Below, piece by piece: positions 9,827-19,742 of a DNA stretch of 64,000 nucleotides (the first letter of the stretch is position 1; every line of letters starts with the position of its first letter). The notes below the pieces were generated by a model, which worked only from the letters and a program-made list of their open reading frames with translations, did not search any database and was not told the DNA's origin. Made by a program: the position numbers and the translations under genes. Source of the DNA: an uncultured Actinomycetota bacterium (GTDB lineage: Bacteria; Actinomycetota; Actinomycetes; Mycobacteriales; Mycobacteriaceae); contig CAVPUR010000011.1 in the NCBI GenBank assembly GCA_963708995.1, positions 15,682 through 79,681 on the forward strand. The letters are read 5' to 3'.

Positions 9827-11896
9827 ATGGTCCTGCACGTCGAACCCGCCGACCAACCCGCACAACCTGCCGACGAGGCCGCTCAATCCGACGTCGACGC
9901 CGAAGCCAACGCGGTTGAAGCGGTCAACCTTGCCGGCAGGCCCGCGTCGTTTGACTTCAGCGCACCCGCGCCGTTCGCCGCCAACGGGGCCCTGCGCAAT
10001 CCGTTCCCGCCGATCGCCGACTACGCGTTCCTGTCCGACTGGGAGACGACGTGCCTAGTCTCGCCGGCTGGGGCGGTGGAGTGGCTTTGCGTGCCCCGGC
10101 CGGACTCGCCCAGCGTATTCGGCGCGATCCTGGACCGCAGCGCGGGCCACTTCCGGATCGGCCCGTACGGCGTCTCGGTGCCGTCGGCCCGCCGCTACCT
10201 GCCCGGCAGCCTGATCATGGAGACCACCTGGCAAACCCATACCGGATGGGTGATCGTGCGCGACGCGCTGGTGATGGGCCCCTGGCACGACATCGAACGC
10301 CGGTCGCGTACGCATCGCCGGACCCCGATGGACTGGGACGCCGAGCACATCCTGCTCCGCACGGTGCGCTGCGTGAGCGGCACCGTTGAGTTGATGATGA
10401 GCTGCGAGCCGGCTTTCGACTACCACCGCGTCGGCGCCGTCTGGGAATACTCGGCCAACGCGTACGGCGAGGCCATCGCACGCGCCGGCAAAAACCCCGA
10501 TGCCCACCCGACGCTGCGGCTGACGAGCAATCTGCGGATCGGGCTGGAGGGGCGCGAAGCTCGCGCTCGCACCCGGATGACCGAGGGCGACGACGTGTTC
10601 GTCGCGCTGAGCTGGACCAAGCATCCGGCGCCGCAGACCTACGAAGAGGCCACCGACAAGATGTGGCAAACCACCGAGTGCTGGCGGCAGTGGATCAACA
10701 TCGGCAACTTTCCCGACCACCCGTGGCGCGCGTACCTGCAGCGCAGCGCGCTGACGCTGAAGGGGCTGACCTATTCGCCCACCGGCGCGCTGCTGGCGGC
10801 CAGCACCACCTCGCTGCCGGAAACGCCGCACGGCGAACGCAACTGGGACTATCGCTACGCCTGGGTGCGCGACTCGACGTTCGCGTTGTGGGGGCTCTAC
10901 ACGCTGGGACTGGACCGCGAGGCCGACGATTTCTTCGCGTTCATCGCCGACGTGTCCGGCGCCAACAGCAACGAGCGCCATCCGCTGCAGGTGATGTACG
11001 GCGTGGGCGGCGAGCGCAGCCTGGTCGAAGAGGAACTGCACCATCTGTCCGGCTATGACCACGCGTGCCCGGTACGCATCGGCAACGGCGCCTTCGACCA
11101 AGTCCAGCATGATATTTGGGGCTCGATCCTGGACTCCTTCTACCTGCACGCCAAGTCGCGTGAGCAAATCCCGGAGACCTTGTGGCCGGTGCTCAAGAAG
11201 CAGGTGGAAGAGGCAATCAAGCACTGGCGCGAGCCCGACCGCGGAATCTGGGAGGTGCGCGGGGAACCCCAGCACTTCACATCGTCGAAGGTGATGTGCT
11301 GGGTCGCGCTTGACCGCGGATCCAAGCTGGCCGAGCGACAGGGCGAGACCAGCTACGCGCAACAGTGGCGGGCCATCGCCGAGGAGATCAAGGCCGACAT
11401 CCTGGAGCACGGGGTGGACTCCCGCGGCGTGTTCACCCAGCGTTACGGCAGCGACGCACTGGACGCCTCGCTGCTGCTGGTGGTGCTGACCCGGTTCCTG
11501 CCGCCGGACGACCCGCGCGTGCGCAACACCGTCCGGGCGATCGCCAACGAACTCACCGAGGAAGGGCTGGTGCTGCGGTACCGCGTGGAGACGACCGACG
11601 ACGGGCTTTCCGGCGAGGAAGGGACCTTCACAATTTGCTCGTTCTGGCTGGTGTCGGCGCTGGTCGAGATCGGTGAGGTGGCGCGCGCCAAGCGGCTGTG
11701 TGAGCGGCTGCTGTCCTACGCCAGTCCGCTGCACCTCTATGCCGAGGAGATCGAACCGCGAACCGGCCGGCACCTGGGCAACTTCCCGCAGGCGTTCACC
11801 CACCTGGCGCTGATCAACGCGGTGGTGCACGTGATCCGCGCGGAGGAGGAATCCGACGGCTCCGGGATGTTCCAGCCCGCCAACGCGCCCATGTAG
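9827..11896 (+). CDS. Glycoside hydrolase family 15 (glucoamylase/trehalase, Rv2402-like)
   Basis: 689 aa. Typical GH15 blocks are NWDYRYAWVRDSTF and FPQAFTHLALINA. Confidence 0.9.
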   Translation: MVLHVEPADQPAQPADEAAQSDVDAEANAVEAVNLAGRPASFDFSAPAPFAANGALRNPFPPIADYAFLSDWETTCLVSPAGAVEWLCVPRPDSPSVFGAILDRSAGHFRIGPYGVSVPSARRYLPGSLIMETTWQTHTGWVIVRDALVMGPWHDIERRSRTHRRTPMDWDAEHILLRTVRCVSGTVELMMSCEPAFDYHRVGAVWEYSANAYGEAIARAGKNPDAHPTLRLTSNLRIGLEGREARARTRMTEGDDVFVALSWTKHPAPQTYEEATDKMWQTTECWRQWINIGNFPDHPWRAYLQRSALTLKGLTYSPTGALLAASTTSLPETPHGERNWDYRYAWVRDSTFALWGLYTLGLDREADDFFAFIADVSGANSNERHPLQVMYGVGGERSLVEEELHHLSGYDHACPVRIGNGAFDQVQHDIWGSILDSFYLHAKSREQIPETLWPVLKKQVEEAIKHWREPDRGIWEVRGEPQHFTSSKVMCWVALDRGSKLAERQGETSYAQQWRAIAEEIKADILEHGVDSRGVFTQRYGSDALDASLLLVVLTRFLPPDDPRVRNTVRAIANELTEEGLVLRYRVETTDDGLSGEEGTFTICSFWLVSALVEIGEVARAKRLCERLLSYASPLHLYAEEIEPRTGRHLGNFPQAFTHLALINAVVHVIRAEEESDGSGMFQPANAPM

Positions 11897-11915
11897 GCGG
11901 CGTCGATAAACCAGA

Positions 11916-12686
11916 TCAGCTCAGCGCGCTGACTCTGTCCATCATGAGGTGCGCGATGTCGAAAGCCGTGGCGTTGGTGACGCTCGATCCTTGCATCGAC
12001 CGGCTCGATTCATTGAAGAAGTCGACCTCGACCTCGACGAGGCAATTGCCCCGTACACCTATGGCCCGCCCCGCCGGAATCGACGCCGGACCCGAAGGCC
12101 CAGATTCGAACGCGATCGAAACGGTTCCCGCGAGAACGGACGGGGCGACTTGTACGTTCGTGATGTCCGCCTTGAGCCTGAACACCTCGTCCGGCAATAG
12201 CACCGTCTGACCATCGCAGCTCTGCCACTGCTGGGCGAATGTGGAGAAGAGCGCGTTGGCGTCGGCGGCGGTGGGCAGGCTGACCACGCCCTCCTTGATG
12301 CCGGTCAGGTGGGCGGGCAGGGCAGCGTGCCGCCAGGTCTCAACCGCAACGTCGTTGACTTTGCTTGCGCTATAGACGCTTTGGTGCAACATCTCTGCGA
12401 CGCCGAGGCAGTCGGCGGCCGAAGACGAACCCAGGTCCTGCAGGGTCTCCGGACCGCCGAACCGCGGCGGAAGGCGAGAATCAATCACGAAGGGCTGGTT
12501 GAGAATTCGCGACAGCGTCTGGTCACCGATCAGTACCTGCGTAATCGTTTGCCCGGTGAGCGAGCGGGGCGTCAACCTCGACGGTGGCTGGGCCTTGCCG
12601 CCGGTCACCACGGTGCAGCCCACGGACAGCAGTCCGATGCCCAGCAAGACGGCCGCCCGCGTCAGGCCAACTCGCAGCACTGTCAT
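11916..12686 (-). CDS. lppR: Sensor-domain (PknH-like) lipoprotein LppR
   Basis: Start chosen at MTVLRVGLTRAAVLLGIGLLSVGC (signal peptide plus lipobox). Paired cysteines fit the extracellular sensor domain. The track ORF extends to 12764. Confidence 0.8.
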   Translation of the reverse strand: MTVLRVGLTRAAVLLGIGLLSVGCTVVTGGKAQPPSRLTPRSLTGQTITQVLIGDQTLSRILNQPFVIDSRLPPRFGGPETLQDLGSSSAADCLGVAEMLHQSVYSASKVNDVAVETWRHAALPAHLTGIKEGVVSLPTAADANALFSTFAQQWQSCDGQTVLLPDEVFRLKADITNVQVAPSVLAGTVSIAFESGPSGPASIPAGRAIGVRGNCLVEVEVDFFNESSRSMQGSSVTNATAFDIAHLMMDRVSALS

Positions 12687-12816
12687 GGCTGGTGCTTGGC
12701 CCCCACTTCTTGAGCCTTGTTGGGCAGTTCCACTCTCCACGTTAAGACCGGCATATTTCCCCAATGTTTCCTACAAGTTCACTTGGAAACTACCGATGCG
12801 CGGCGCCCGGCCCGAC

Positions 12817-13068
12817 TCAGTTTGGCCTGGGTACCTTCCGCGACATCGCATTGACGATCTCGACGGCCCGGTTGCCGGGCGTGGACCCCGACGGCGACGT
12901 CCACATCAACGATGAATTCCGAGTCCACCCCGATCGCATGCTCGACCGGGAACGGCGTAGATCGTTGCCGACCGCGGCGCGGACTTCGTCGGCGCTGGGC
13001 AGAATGTCCTTGACCGACATCGCGATCGCGGGCCGCGCCGCGCCGGCGCGACTGGCGAAGCCATCCAC
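12817..13068 (-). pseudogene. Possible degraded remnant of an lppR-like sensor-domain gene
   Basis: Reverse-strand pieces in different frames (KDILPSADEVRAAVGNDL; EFIVDVDVAVGV; NRAVEIVNAMSRKV) resemble the N- and C-terminal motifs of the adjacent LppR (…LVEVEVDFF…FDIAHLMMDRV). No intact ORF. Confidence 0.25.
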
Positions 13069-13143
13069 GATGGCATGCAGCCGCCGCTCAGCAGGCGGCG
13101 CTCAGCACTGCGATCACTTGTATCAGTCGCGTCAAAGTCATTG

Positions 13144-13176
13144 CTACTTCTTGCCTTTGGCCGCCTCGTCGCCGCC
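13144..13176 (-). repeat. Imperfect duplicate of the last 10 codons plus stop of lepA, 35 nt downstream of the real stop
   Basis: The reverse complement GGCGGCGACGAGGCGGCCAAAGGCAAGAAGTAG matches the real lepA end GGCGGCGACAAGGGGGACAAAGCCAAGAAGTGA (13211..13243) at 27 of 33 positions. Confidence 0.6.
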
Positions 13177-13210
13177 CCACCGCCAGCCCAGTCGGCCAGC
13201 AAGCGGTTGC

Positions 13211-15172
13211 TCACTTCTTGGCTTTGTCCCCCTTGTCGCCGCCCGCGTCGGTGGACAACGCGGCGACGAACGCCTCCTGCGGCACCTCGACCCGCCCGAT
13301 GGTCTTCATCCGCTTCTTGCCTTCCTTCTGCTTTTCCAGAAGTTTGCGTTTGCGGGTGATGTCGCCACCGTAGCATTTGGACAAAACGTCCTTACGGATC
13401 GCGCGAATGTTCTCGCGCGCAATGATTTTCGATCCGATGGCCGCCTGCACCGGAACCTCGAACTGCTGGCGCGGGATCAGCTCCTTGAGTTTGGTGGTCA
13501 TCTTGTTGCCGTAGGCGAATGCCGAATCCTTGTGCACTATCGCGCTGAACGCGTCGACGGGCTCGCCCTGCAGCAGGATGTCGACCTTGACCAACTGGGC
13601 CTCCTGCTCACCGGCCTCCTCGTAGTCGAGGCTGGCGTAACCGCGGGTGCGTGACTTCAGCGAGTCGAAGAAGTCGAAGATGATCTCCCCCAACGGCATG
13701 GTGTAACGCAGCTCCACCCGCTCGGGCGACAGATAGTCCATGCCGCCCATCTCGCCACGGCGCGACTGGCACAGCTCCATGATGGTGCCGATGAATTCGC
13801 TGGGCGCGATGATGGTGGTCTTGACGACCGGCTCGTACACCGTGCGGACCTTGCCCTCCGGCCAGTCCGACGGGTTGGTCACGACCATGGAGTCGTCCGC
13901 ACCGCCCTCCAGGATCACCCGGTAGACGACGTTCGGCGACGTCGAGATCAGGTCCAGGTCGAATTCGCGCTCCAGGCGCTCGCGGGTGATCTCCATGTGC
14001 AGCAGGCCCAAAAAGCCACAGCGGAACCCAAAGCCCAACGCCACCGAGGTCTCCGGCTCGTAGGTCAGGGCCGCGTCGTTGAGTTGCAGCTTGTCCAGGG
14101 CGTCGCGCAGATCGGGGTAATCCGAGCCGTCGACGGGATACAGCCCCGAGTAGACCATCGGCTTGGGCTCGCGATAGCCGATCAGCGCCTGCTTGGCGCC
14201 GTTGCGGGCCGTCGTCACCGTGTCGCCCACCTTGGACTGGCGGACGTCCTTCACGCCGGTGATCAGGTAGCCCACCTCCCCGACGCCCAGGCCATCGCTG
14301 GCCTTGGGTTCCGGCGAGACGATGCCGACCTCGAGCAATTCGTGGGTGGCGCCGGTGGACATCATCGCGATGCGGTCGCGGGGTCTGATCTTGCCGTCCA
14401 CCACCCGGACGTACGTCACCACGCCGCGGTAGATGTCGTAGACGGAGTCGAAGATCATCGCACGGGTCGGGGCGTCGGCGTCGCCTTGCGGGGGCGGCAC
14501 CTCACGCACGACGTGGTCGAGCAGGTCGGCGACGCCCTCGCCCGTCTTGCCGGACACGCGCAACACGTCGCTCGGTTCGCAGCCGATGATGTGGGCGATC
14601 TCACCCGCGTAGCGGTCCGGGTCGGCGGCGGGCAGGTCGATCTTGTTCAGCACGGGGATGATGTGCAGCTCGCGTTCCAGGGCCAGATAGAGGTTGGCCA
14701 GGGTCTGCGCCTCGATGCCCTGCGCGGCGTCGACCAGCAGCACCGCGCCCTCGCAGGCCTCCAGCGCGCGCGATACCTCGTAGGTGAAGTCAACGTGGCC
14801 CGGGGTGTCGATCAGATGCAGCACGTAATCCGTCTCACCCACCCGCCACGGCAGCCGCACATTCTGGGCCTTGATTGTGATCCCGCGTTCCCGCTCGATG
14901 TCCATCCGGTCCAGGTACTGCGCCCGCATCGAACGCTCGTCGACCACGCCGGTGAGCTGCAGCATCCGGTCCGCCAGCGTGGATTTGCCGTGGTCGATGT
15001 GGGCGATGATGCAGAAGTTCCGAATCTGCGCCGGCGCGGTGAAGGTCTTGTCGGCGAAACTGCTGATGGGGATCTCCTGGACTGGGTGCTTGAGCGGCGG
15101 TTCGCCGATGTCCAGGGTATCCAGGCGGGGCGGTCGAGACACAATTCGCCGCGATCGGCGGTCTCCGTGCAC
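13211..15172 (-). CDS. lepA: Translation elongation factor 4 (LepA)
   Basis: G-domain motifs [14 protein letters not shown] and NKID, and strong full-length LepA character. The GTG at 15172 gives 653 aa; the longest track ORF starts at 15253. Confidence 0.95.
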   Translation of the reverse strand: MHGDRRSRRIVSRPPRLDTLDIGEPPLKHPVQEIPISSFADKTFTAPAQIRNFCIIAHIDHGKSTLADRMLQLTGVVDERSMRAQYLDRMDIERERGITIKAQNVRLPWRVGETDYVLHLIDTPGHVDFTYEVSRALEACEGAVLLVDAAQGIEAQTLANLYLALERELHIIPVLNKIDLPAADPDRYAGEIAHIIGCEPSDVLRVSGKTGEGVADLLDHVVREVPPPQGDADAPTRAMIFDSVYDIYRGVVTYVRVVDGKIRPRDRIAMMSTGATHELLEVGIVSPEPKASDGLGVGEVGYLITGVKDVRQSKVGDTVTTARNGAKQALIGYREPKPMVYSGLYPVDGSDYPDLRDALDKLQLNDAALTYEPETSVALGFGFRCGFLGLLHMEITRERLEREFDLDLISTSPNVVYRVILEGGADDSMVVTNPSDWPEGKVRTVYEPVVKTTIIAPSEFIGTIMELCQSRRGEMGGMDYLSPERVELRYTMPLGEIIFDFFDSLKSRTRGYASLDYEEAGEQEAQLVKVDILLQGEPVDAFSAIVHKDSAFAYGNKMTTKLKELIPRQQFEVPVQAAIGSKIIARENIRAIRKDVLSKCYGGDITRKRKLLEKQKEGKKRMKTIGRVEVPQEAFVAALSTDAGGDKGDKAKK

Positions 15173-15188
15173 GACTAAACTGCCCCAT

Positions 15189-15791
15189 ATGGCGTCGGAC
15201 CGGAAGTCACCGTGGAAGACGTTGCAGGGATTCGCCGAGGACCTGGTCACCAAACGGGCCCCGAACCTCGTCCGTCAGGTTCAGCAGTCCCAGGCCGTCC
15301 TGAAGGAACTTCAGCACGCCGTCAAGCTCACCGTGAACGTGATCGCCGCGGTCGCGCCGCCGCCACCGGCGGCGATCACCGCGGGCCGGCCGGTGACCAG
15401 CACCAGCTTCCCGACCGCGCAGCGGGCCCGCAGGGTGGTCTACGCCCCCGACCTCGATGGCCGGGCTGACCCCGGGGAGATCGTGTGGACCTGGGTGGTT
15501 CACGAGGAAGACCCCAGTCAGGGCAAGGACCGACCGGTCCTCGTCGTGGGCCGCGACCGTAGCGTCCTGCTGGGGCTGATGCTGTCCAGCCAGCAACGCC
15601 ACGCCGCGGACAAGGATTGGGTCGGGATCGGCTCGGGCGGTTGGGATTACGAGGGTCGCGAAAGCTGGGTCCGGCTGGACCGGGTGCTCGACGTGCCCGA
15701 GGAGGGCATTCGCCGCGAGGGCGCGATCCTGGATCGCAACCTTTTCGACGTGGTAGCCGCCCGGCTGCGCGCCGAGTACTCCTGGCGCTGA
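15189..15791 (+). CDS. Rv2405-like protein with a C-terminal PemK/MazF-like fold
   Basis: ATG at 15189 ([12 protein letters not shown]...). The C-terminal half [29 protein letters not shown]...SWVRLDRV resembles growth-inhibitor PemK/MazF SH3-like domains. The upstream part of the track ORF is antisense to lepA. Confidence 0.75.
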   Translation: MASDRKSPWKTLQGFAEDLVTKRAPNLVRQVQQSQAVLKELQHAVKLTVNVIAAVAPPPPAAITAGRPVTSTSFPTAQRARRVVYAPDLDGRADPGEIVWTWVVHEEDPSQGKDRPVLVVGRDRSVLLGLMLSSQQRHAADKDWVGIGSGGWDYEGRESWVRLDRVLDVPEEGIRREGAILDRNLFDVVAARLRAEYSWR

Positions 15792-15805
15792 GCGGCTGCC
15801 GACAC

Positions 15806-16234
15806 TTACCCCTGCGTGATGTAGGACTGCAGCTGCTGCTGCTCGGCCTCGAGTTCTTCCATCCGCGTCTTCACGACGTCGCCGATGCTGACGATGCCGA
15901 TCAGCTTCTTGCCGTCCAGCACCGGCACATGGCGGACCCGGTTCTTGGTCATCAGCACGCTGACGCTGTCAACGGTGTCCGACTTTGTGCAGGTGGCGAC
16001 CGTGGCGGTCATGATTGTGGAGATTGGGCGAGACAGCACACTGGCGCCGTGCGAGTGTAGCTGGCGTACCACGTCGCGCTCCGAGACGATGCCGACGACA
16101 CCATCGGTCCCGACCACCACCATGGCGCCGATGTTTTGCTCGGCAAGGCCGGCCAGCAGTTCCCGGACAGTCGCGTCGGGGTGGATCGTCACCACCGCCG
16201 CACCTTTATTCCGCAAGACGTCCGCGATCCGCAT
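15806..16234 (-). CDS. Tandem CBS-domain protein (Rv2406c-like)
   Basis: 142 aa with two CBS repeats (VVGIVSERDVV, LIGIVSIGDVV). Confidence 0.9.
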   Translation of the reverse strand: MRIADVLRNKGAAVVTIHPDATVRELLAGLAEQNIGAMVVVGTDGVVGIVSERDVVRQLHSHGASVLSRPISTIMTATVATCTKSDTVDSVSVLMTKNRVRHVPVLDGKKLIGIVSIGDVVKTRMEELEAEQQQLQSYITQG

Positions 16235-16417
16235 TAATACCTCCAGCCGGGGTTGTGACCTGCTTCACACCAGGCTACGGCTTACTCGGGCGGCGGGAAA
16301 GCGAACCCGCGAAAAGCCGCGAAAAGACCCAGCCCTAACGGACATACCCGCTGATTGACGACCGAAACGCGCCCGCTGTTGCTACTGCGCGGCCCCAGGG
16401 CTTGCAAGTATGAGGCC

Positions 16418-17260
16418 ATGATCGAGGTCACGCTGCTTGGAACCGGAAGTCCTATCCCCGACCCGAACCGCGCCGGGCCGTCCACCCTGGTGCGGGCCGG
16501 CGGCCAGGTGTTCCTGGTCGATTGCGGGCGTGGCGTGTTGCAGCGCGCGGCGGCGGTTGGTGTGGGTGCCGCCGGATTGTCGGCGCTGCTGCTCACCCAC
16601 CTGCACAGCGACCACATCGCCGAACTCGGCGACGTCCTCATCACCAGTTGGATCAGCAACTTCGCGCCCGATCCGGCGCCGTTGCCGATCATCGGACCCC
16701 CGGGCACCGCCGAGACGGTGGAGGCGACGCTGAAGGCGTTCGGCCACGACATCGGTTACCGGATCGCCCATCACGCCGACCTGAACGGGCCGCCGCCGAT
16801 CGAGGTTCACGAATGCACCGAGGGCCCGGTGTGGGATCGCGACGGCGTGACGATCCGGGTGGCGCCGACCGATCACCGACCGGTGGTGCCGACGATCGGG
16901 TTCCGGATCGAATTCGATGGCGCTTCGGTGGTGCTGGCCGGCGACACGGTGCCCTGCGCCCGCCTGGACGAGCTGTCGGCCGGAGCGGATGCCCTGGTGC
17001 ACACCGTGATCCGTAAAGACATCCTCACGCAGGTCCCACAGCAACGCGTCAACGACGTTTGCGATTACCACTCGTCGGTGCAGGAGGCCGCCGCCACCGC
17101 GGCGCGCGCGGGGGTGGGCATCCTGGTCATGACGCACTATGTGCCGGCCATCGCACCCGGGCAGGAGGAACAGTGGCGGGCGCTGGCCGCAGCCGAATTC
17201 GGTGGGCGCATCGAGCTCGGCGACGACCTACATCGCGTCGAGGTCCCCGCGCGGCAATAG
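16418..17260 (+). CDS. Metallo-beta-lactamase fold hydrolase (RNase Z/BN-like, Rv2407-like)
   Basis: HxHxDH motif (LTHLHSDHI). Start chosen at [12 protein letters not shown]; the track ORF starts at 16355. Confidence 0.85.
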   Translation: MIEVTLLGTGSPIPDPNRAGPSTLVRAGGQVFLVDCGRGVLQRAAAVGVGAAGLSALLLTHLHSDHIAELGDVLITSWISNFAPDPAPLPIIGPPGTAETVEATLKAFGHDIGYRIAHHADLNGPPPIEVHECTEGPVWDRDGVTIRVAPTDHRPVVPTIGFRIEFDGASVVLAGDTVPCARLDELSAGADALVHTVIRKDILTQVPQQRVNDVCDYHSSVQEAAATAARAGVGILVMTHYVPAIAPGQEEQWRALAAAEFGGRIELGDDLHRVEVPARQ

Positions 17261-17902
17261 CGCGCCGGCCACCACCAGCCACACCAACGCCCCGACCCGC
17301 GCGATCGGCAGAAGCACGCCAAGCTGCTGCCAGACCAACACCAGCATCGTCAGTTCGGCAAGCGCGGCAATCGCCAAGCCGCTCCACGCCACCGTTCTCG
17401 GCGTCAGCCGCAGGTTGAGGCTGGGCACCGCCATACCGGCGACCAGCAGGCCCAAGGCCGCGATGTGCCCCGGACCACCGACCAGAAAGACCAGGTAATA
17501 CAACGCCCGAACCAGAGCGGTGTCCGCGCTGACCTCGGGTCGCGACAGCGTCCAGCCCAACAGACCGGTCAAACCCAGCGAGCCGGCCGCCAGGATGCCG
17601 CCGGTCAGCGCGATCGCCGCCGCGGGTGCGGTCGCGCCGAGCTGACGCAACCGGGCACCGGCCGTCGCCGCGTAGATCGCGAGCGGCACCGACGATGCGA
17701 AGACCGCCGTGGCGATGACCTGCACCGCGACCGGCTGGGCGCGCACATACGCCTGGACCGCGGCCACCGGTCCGTACGGCAAGGGCATCACACCGCCCAG
17801 CGCGACCCCGATGGCAAGTCCACCGAAGAGCAGCCCGAGACAGGCCAGAGAAAGCAGCACCAGCGCCGGTCCCCGGCGTCGGCGGCGAGCCGAATCATTC
17901 AC
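17228..17902 (-). CDS. Polytopic membrane protein of unknown function
   Basis: 224 aa with about 6 hydrophobic helices and an arginine-rich N-terminus. It occupies the position of PE24 in M. tuberculosis. Its 3' end overlaps the convergent MBL gene by 33 nt. Confidence 0.55.
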   Translation of the reverse strand: MNDSARRRRRGPALVLLSLACLGLLFGGLAIGVALGGVMPLPYGPVAAVQAYVRAQPVAVQVIATAVFASSVPLAIYAATAGARLRQLGATAPAAAIALTGGILAAGSLGLTGLLGWTLSRPEVSADTALVRALYYLVFLVGGPGHIAALGLLVAGMAVPSLNLRLTPRTVAWSGLAIAALAELTMLVLVWQQLGVLLPIARVGALVWLVVAGALLPRGDLDAM

Positions 17903-17925
17903 GGTGTGAACGATATGCCGGGCAA

Positions 17926-18765
17926 TCAGCCCAGCCGAGTGACCTCGACGATGACGTCGAGGTCGGTCGCTCCTTTGCCGGAGTAGATACCTTTCAGCGG
18001 GGACACGTCGCTGTAGTCGCGGCCGACGCCCACGCTGATGTACTGCTCGGTGATGTCGGTGTCATTGGTCGGGTCATAGTTCCACCAGCCGCCCGTCCAC
18101 GCCTGGATCCAGGCGTGGCTGCGGCCGTCAACGGTTTTTCCGATGACGGCGTCGCGTTTGGGGTGCAGGTACCCCGATACGTAGCGGGCCGGAATTCCCA
18201 TGGCGCGCAACAGGATCAGCGTCAGATGCGCGAAGTCCTGACAGACGCCCTTGCCCTTTTCCAGCGCGTCCAGCCCGGAGGAGTGCACGCCGGTGGTGCC
18301 CGGAAGGTAGTCCAGCTCGTCGCGTGCCCACCGTGCGGCGGCGACGACAGCTTCCCGCGGCTCGTGGTTTTTGGCGATCCGCTTGCCCACCGCCGCAACA
18401 CGTTCGCTTGCCGGGGTGTATTCGGTCGGACGCAACACTTCGTCGAACCGATCGATCACGGCCACCGATTGCAGATCGGTCCATGTCGCCCGCGTCGACG
18501 CCGGCTCCGGGCGCTCGGTCTCGACGACGGACGACGATGACACCGTCAGTTCGGTGTGCGGCGCATGCAAATCGAACACCGTGACGGCGGTACCCCAATA
18601 GTCGATGTAGCGGTAGGACCGGGTGGCCGGAATGGTTTCGACGCGGTTGAGGATGACGTTTTGCCGGGTGTTGGACCGCGGCGTCAGCCGGGCTTCGTTG
18701 TAGGAGGCCGTCACCGGCGATCGGTACGCGTACCCGGTGGTGTGCACCACCCGCACCCGCCACAT
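17926..18765 (-). CDS. Transglutaminase-like cysteine protease family protein (Rv2409c-like)
   Basis: Transglutaminase core GKGVCQDFAH...SHAW. The start MWRVRVVHTTGYAY shares one base with the upstream stop (TGATG at 18763..18767). Confidence 0.9.
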   Translation of the reverse strand: MWRVRVVHTTGYAYRSPVTASYNEARLTPRSNTRQNVILNRVETIPATRSYRYIDYWGTAVTVFDLHAPHTELTVSSSSVVETERPEPASTRATWTDLQSVAVIDRFDEVLRPTEYTPASERVAAVGKRIAKNHEPREAVVAAARWARDELDYLPGTTGVHSSGLDALEKGKGVCQDFAHLTLILLRAMGIPARYVSGYLHPKRDAVIGKTVDGRSHAWIQAWTGGWWNYDPTNDTDITEQYISVGVGRDYSDVSPLKGIYSGKGATDLDVIVEVTRLG

Positions 18766-19742
18766 CAGGCGTCCACCTGCCTGCTGTCCAGTCGGCCTTG
18801 GTGGCCCGCGTCCGACCACGCCACCCACGGCGTGGCGTGAAAGTACTGCAACGCCAACGCGTCTCCGACATCATGGCAAGTTGTCTGCAAACTGGCCAGC
18901 CGGCTGTCCAGCGACTCCAGCAACACACCGGGTTGCACGAACTCCAGTTCGCTGCGGGCCTGCCCGAGCAACCGCTGCGCTTCGGCGGTGGCCCCCACCC
19001 GGCTGTGCGGACTATGCAGCAGCTCGTCGAGGTTGTGTTCGGCCAGCCTCAGCGAGTAGAAAACCGAACGTGGGAATAGCCGGTCGAGCATCATGAACTC
19101 GACCACCCGGCCCGCGTCCAGCACGCCCCGGTAGGTCCGCAGGTAGGTGTCATGCGCGCCGGCGGAGCGCAGCAGCGTCACCCACGCCGGCGACGACGCG
19201 CTGTCCCCCACTCGCGACAGCAGTAGCCGCACCGTCATGTCGACGCGCTCGATAGCGCGGCCCAGCACCATGAAGCGGTACCCGTCGTCGCGGGAGAGCG
19301 TCGAATCTGCCAGGCCGGCAAACATTGCCGCCCGCCCCTCGATGAAGGACAAAAACTCGTGTGGCCCAAGGCGTTTCGCGGCGCGCTCGCGTTCGGCGAG
19401 GGCATGGTAGGTGGTGTTGAGACACTCCCAGGTCTCGCTCGAGGTCACTTCCCGCGCCGACCGCGCGTTTTCCCGCGCCGCCGAAATCGCGCCGACAATG
19501 GAGGAACCTCCCTGGATGTCGGAGCTGAATGCCACCAGGTCAGTCAGCGACCAGACGTCCAACTCGTGGTCCGGAGGGTCGATGCCGAGCACTCGCAGCA
19601 GCACCCGGGAGGCCTGGTCCGGATCGACGCTGGAGTCCTCGAGCAACTGGTGAACGGCCACATCCAGGATGCGCGCGGTGTCGTCGGCGCGCTCGACATA
19701 GCGACCGATCCAATACAGCGCCTCGGCGTTGCGGGCGAGCAT
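18765..19742 (-). CDS. Alpha-E domain protein (Rv2410c-like)
   Basis: 325 aa; MLARNAEALYWIGRYVERADDTARILDV is typical of the alpha-E family. Its start shares one base with the upstream stop at 19742. Confidence 0.9.
   Translation of the reverse strand: MLARNAEALYWIGRYVERADDTARILDVAVHQLLEDSSVDPDQASRVLLRVLGIDPPDHELDVWSLTDLVAFSSDIQGGSSIVGAISAARENARSAREVTSSETWECLNTTYHALAERERAAKRLGPHEFLSFIEGRAAMFAGLADSTLSRDDGYRFMVLGRAIERVDMTVRLLLSRVGDSASSPAWVTLLRSAGAHDTYLRTYRGVLDAGRVVEFMMLDRLFPRSVFYSLRLAEHNLDELLHSPHSRVGATAEAQRLLGQARSELEFVQPGVLLESLDSRLASLQTTCHDVGDALALQYFHATPWVAWSDAGHQGRLDSRQVDA

Noticed and set aside
10055-11830. 591-aa ORF on the minus strand, opposite the GH15 gene
   Set aside because: It is entirely antisense to a well-supported gene. 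The product is Arg/Gly/Ala/Pro-rich with no recognisable motifs, which is the usual shadow ORF of high-G+C DNA.
12764-13654. 296-aa plus-strand ORF bridging the lppR-lepA spacer and the lepA 3' end
   Set aside because: Its downstream two-thirds are antisense to lepA, and the upstream part has no motifs. The region is better explained as gene debris on the other strand.
13997-15178. 393-aa plus-strand ORF inside lepA; similar long antisense ORFs lie at 4614..5747, 3811..4779, 33219..34346, 54176..55435, 55939..56919, 57675..58646, 58643..59446 and 46263..47129
   Set aside because: Each lies opposite a strongly supported gene (lepA, cysA/cysW, pks, nadD/methyltransferase, VWA, moxR, proA, fadD). 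Each has low-complexity, Arg-rich translations.
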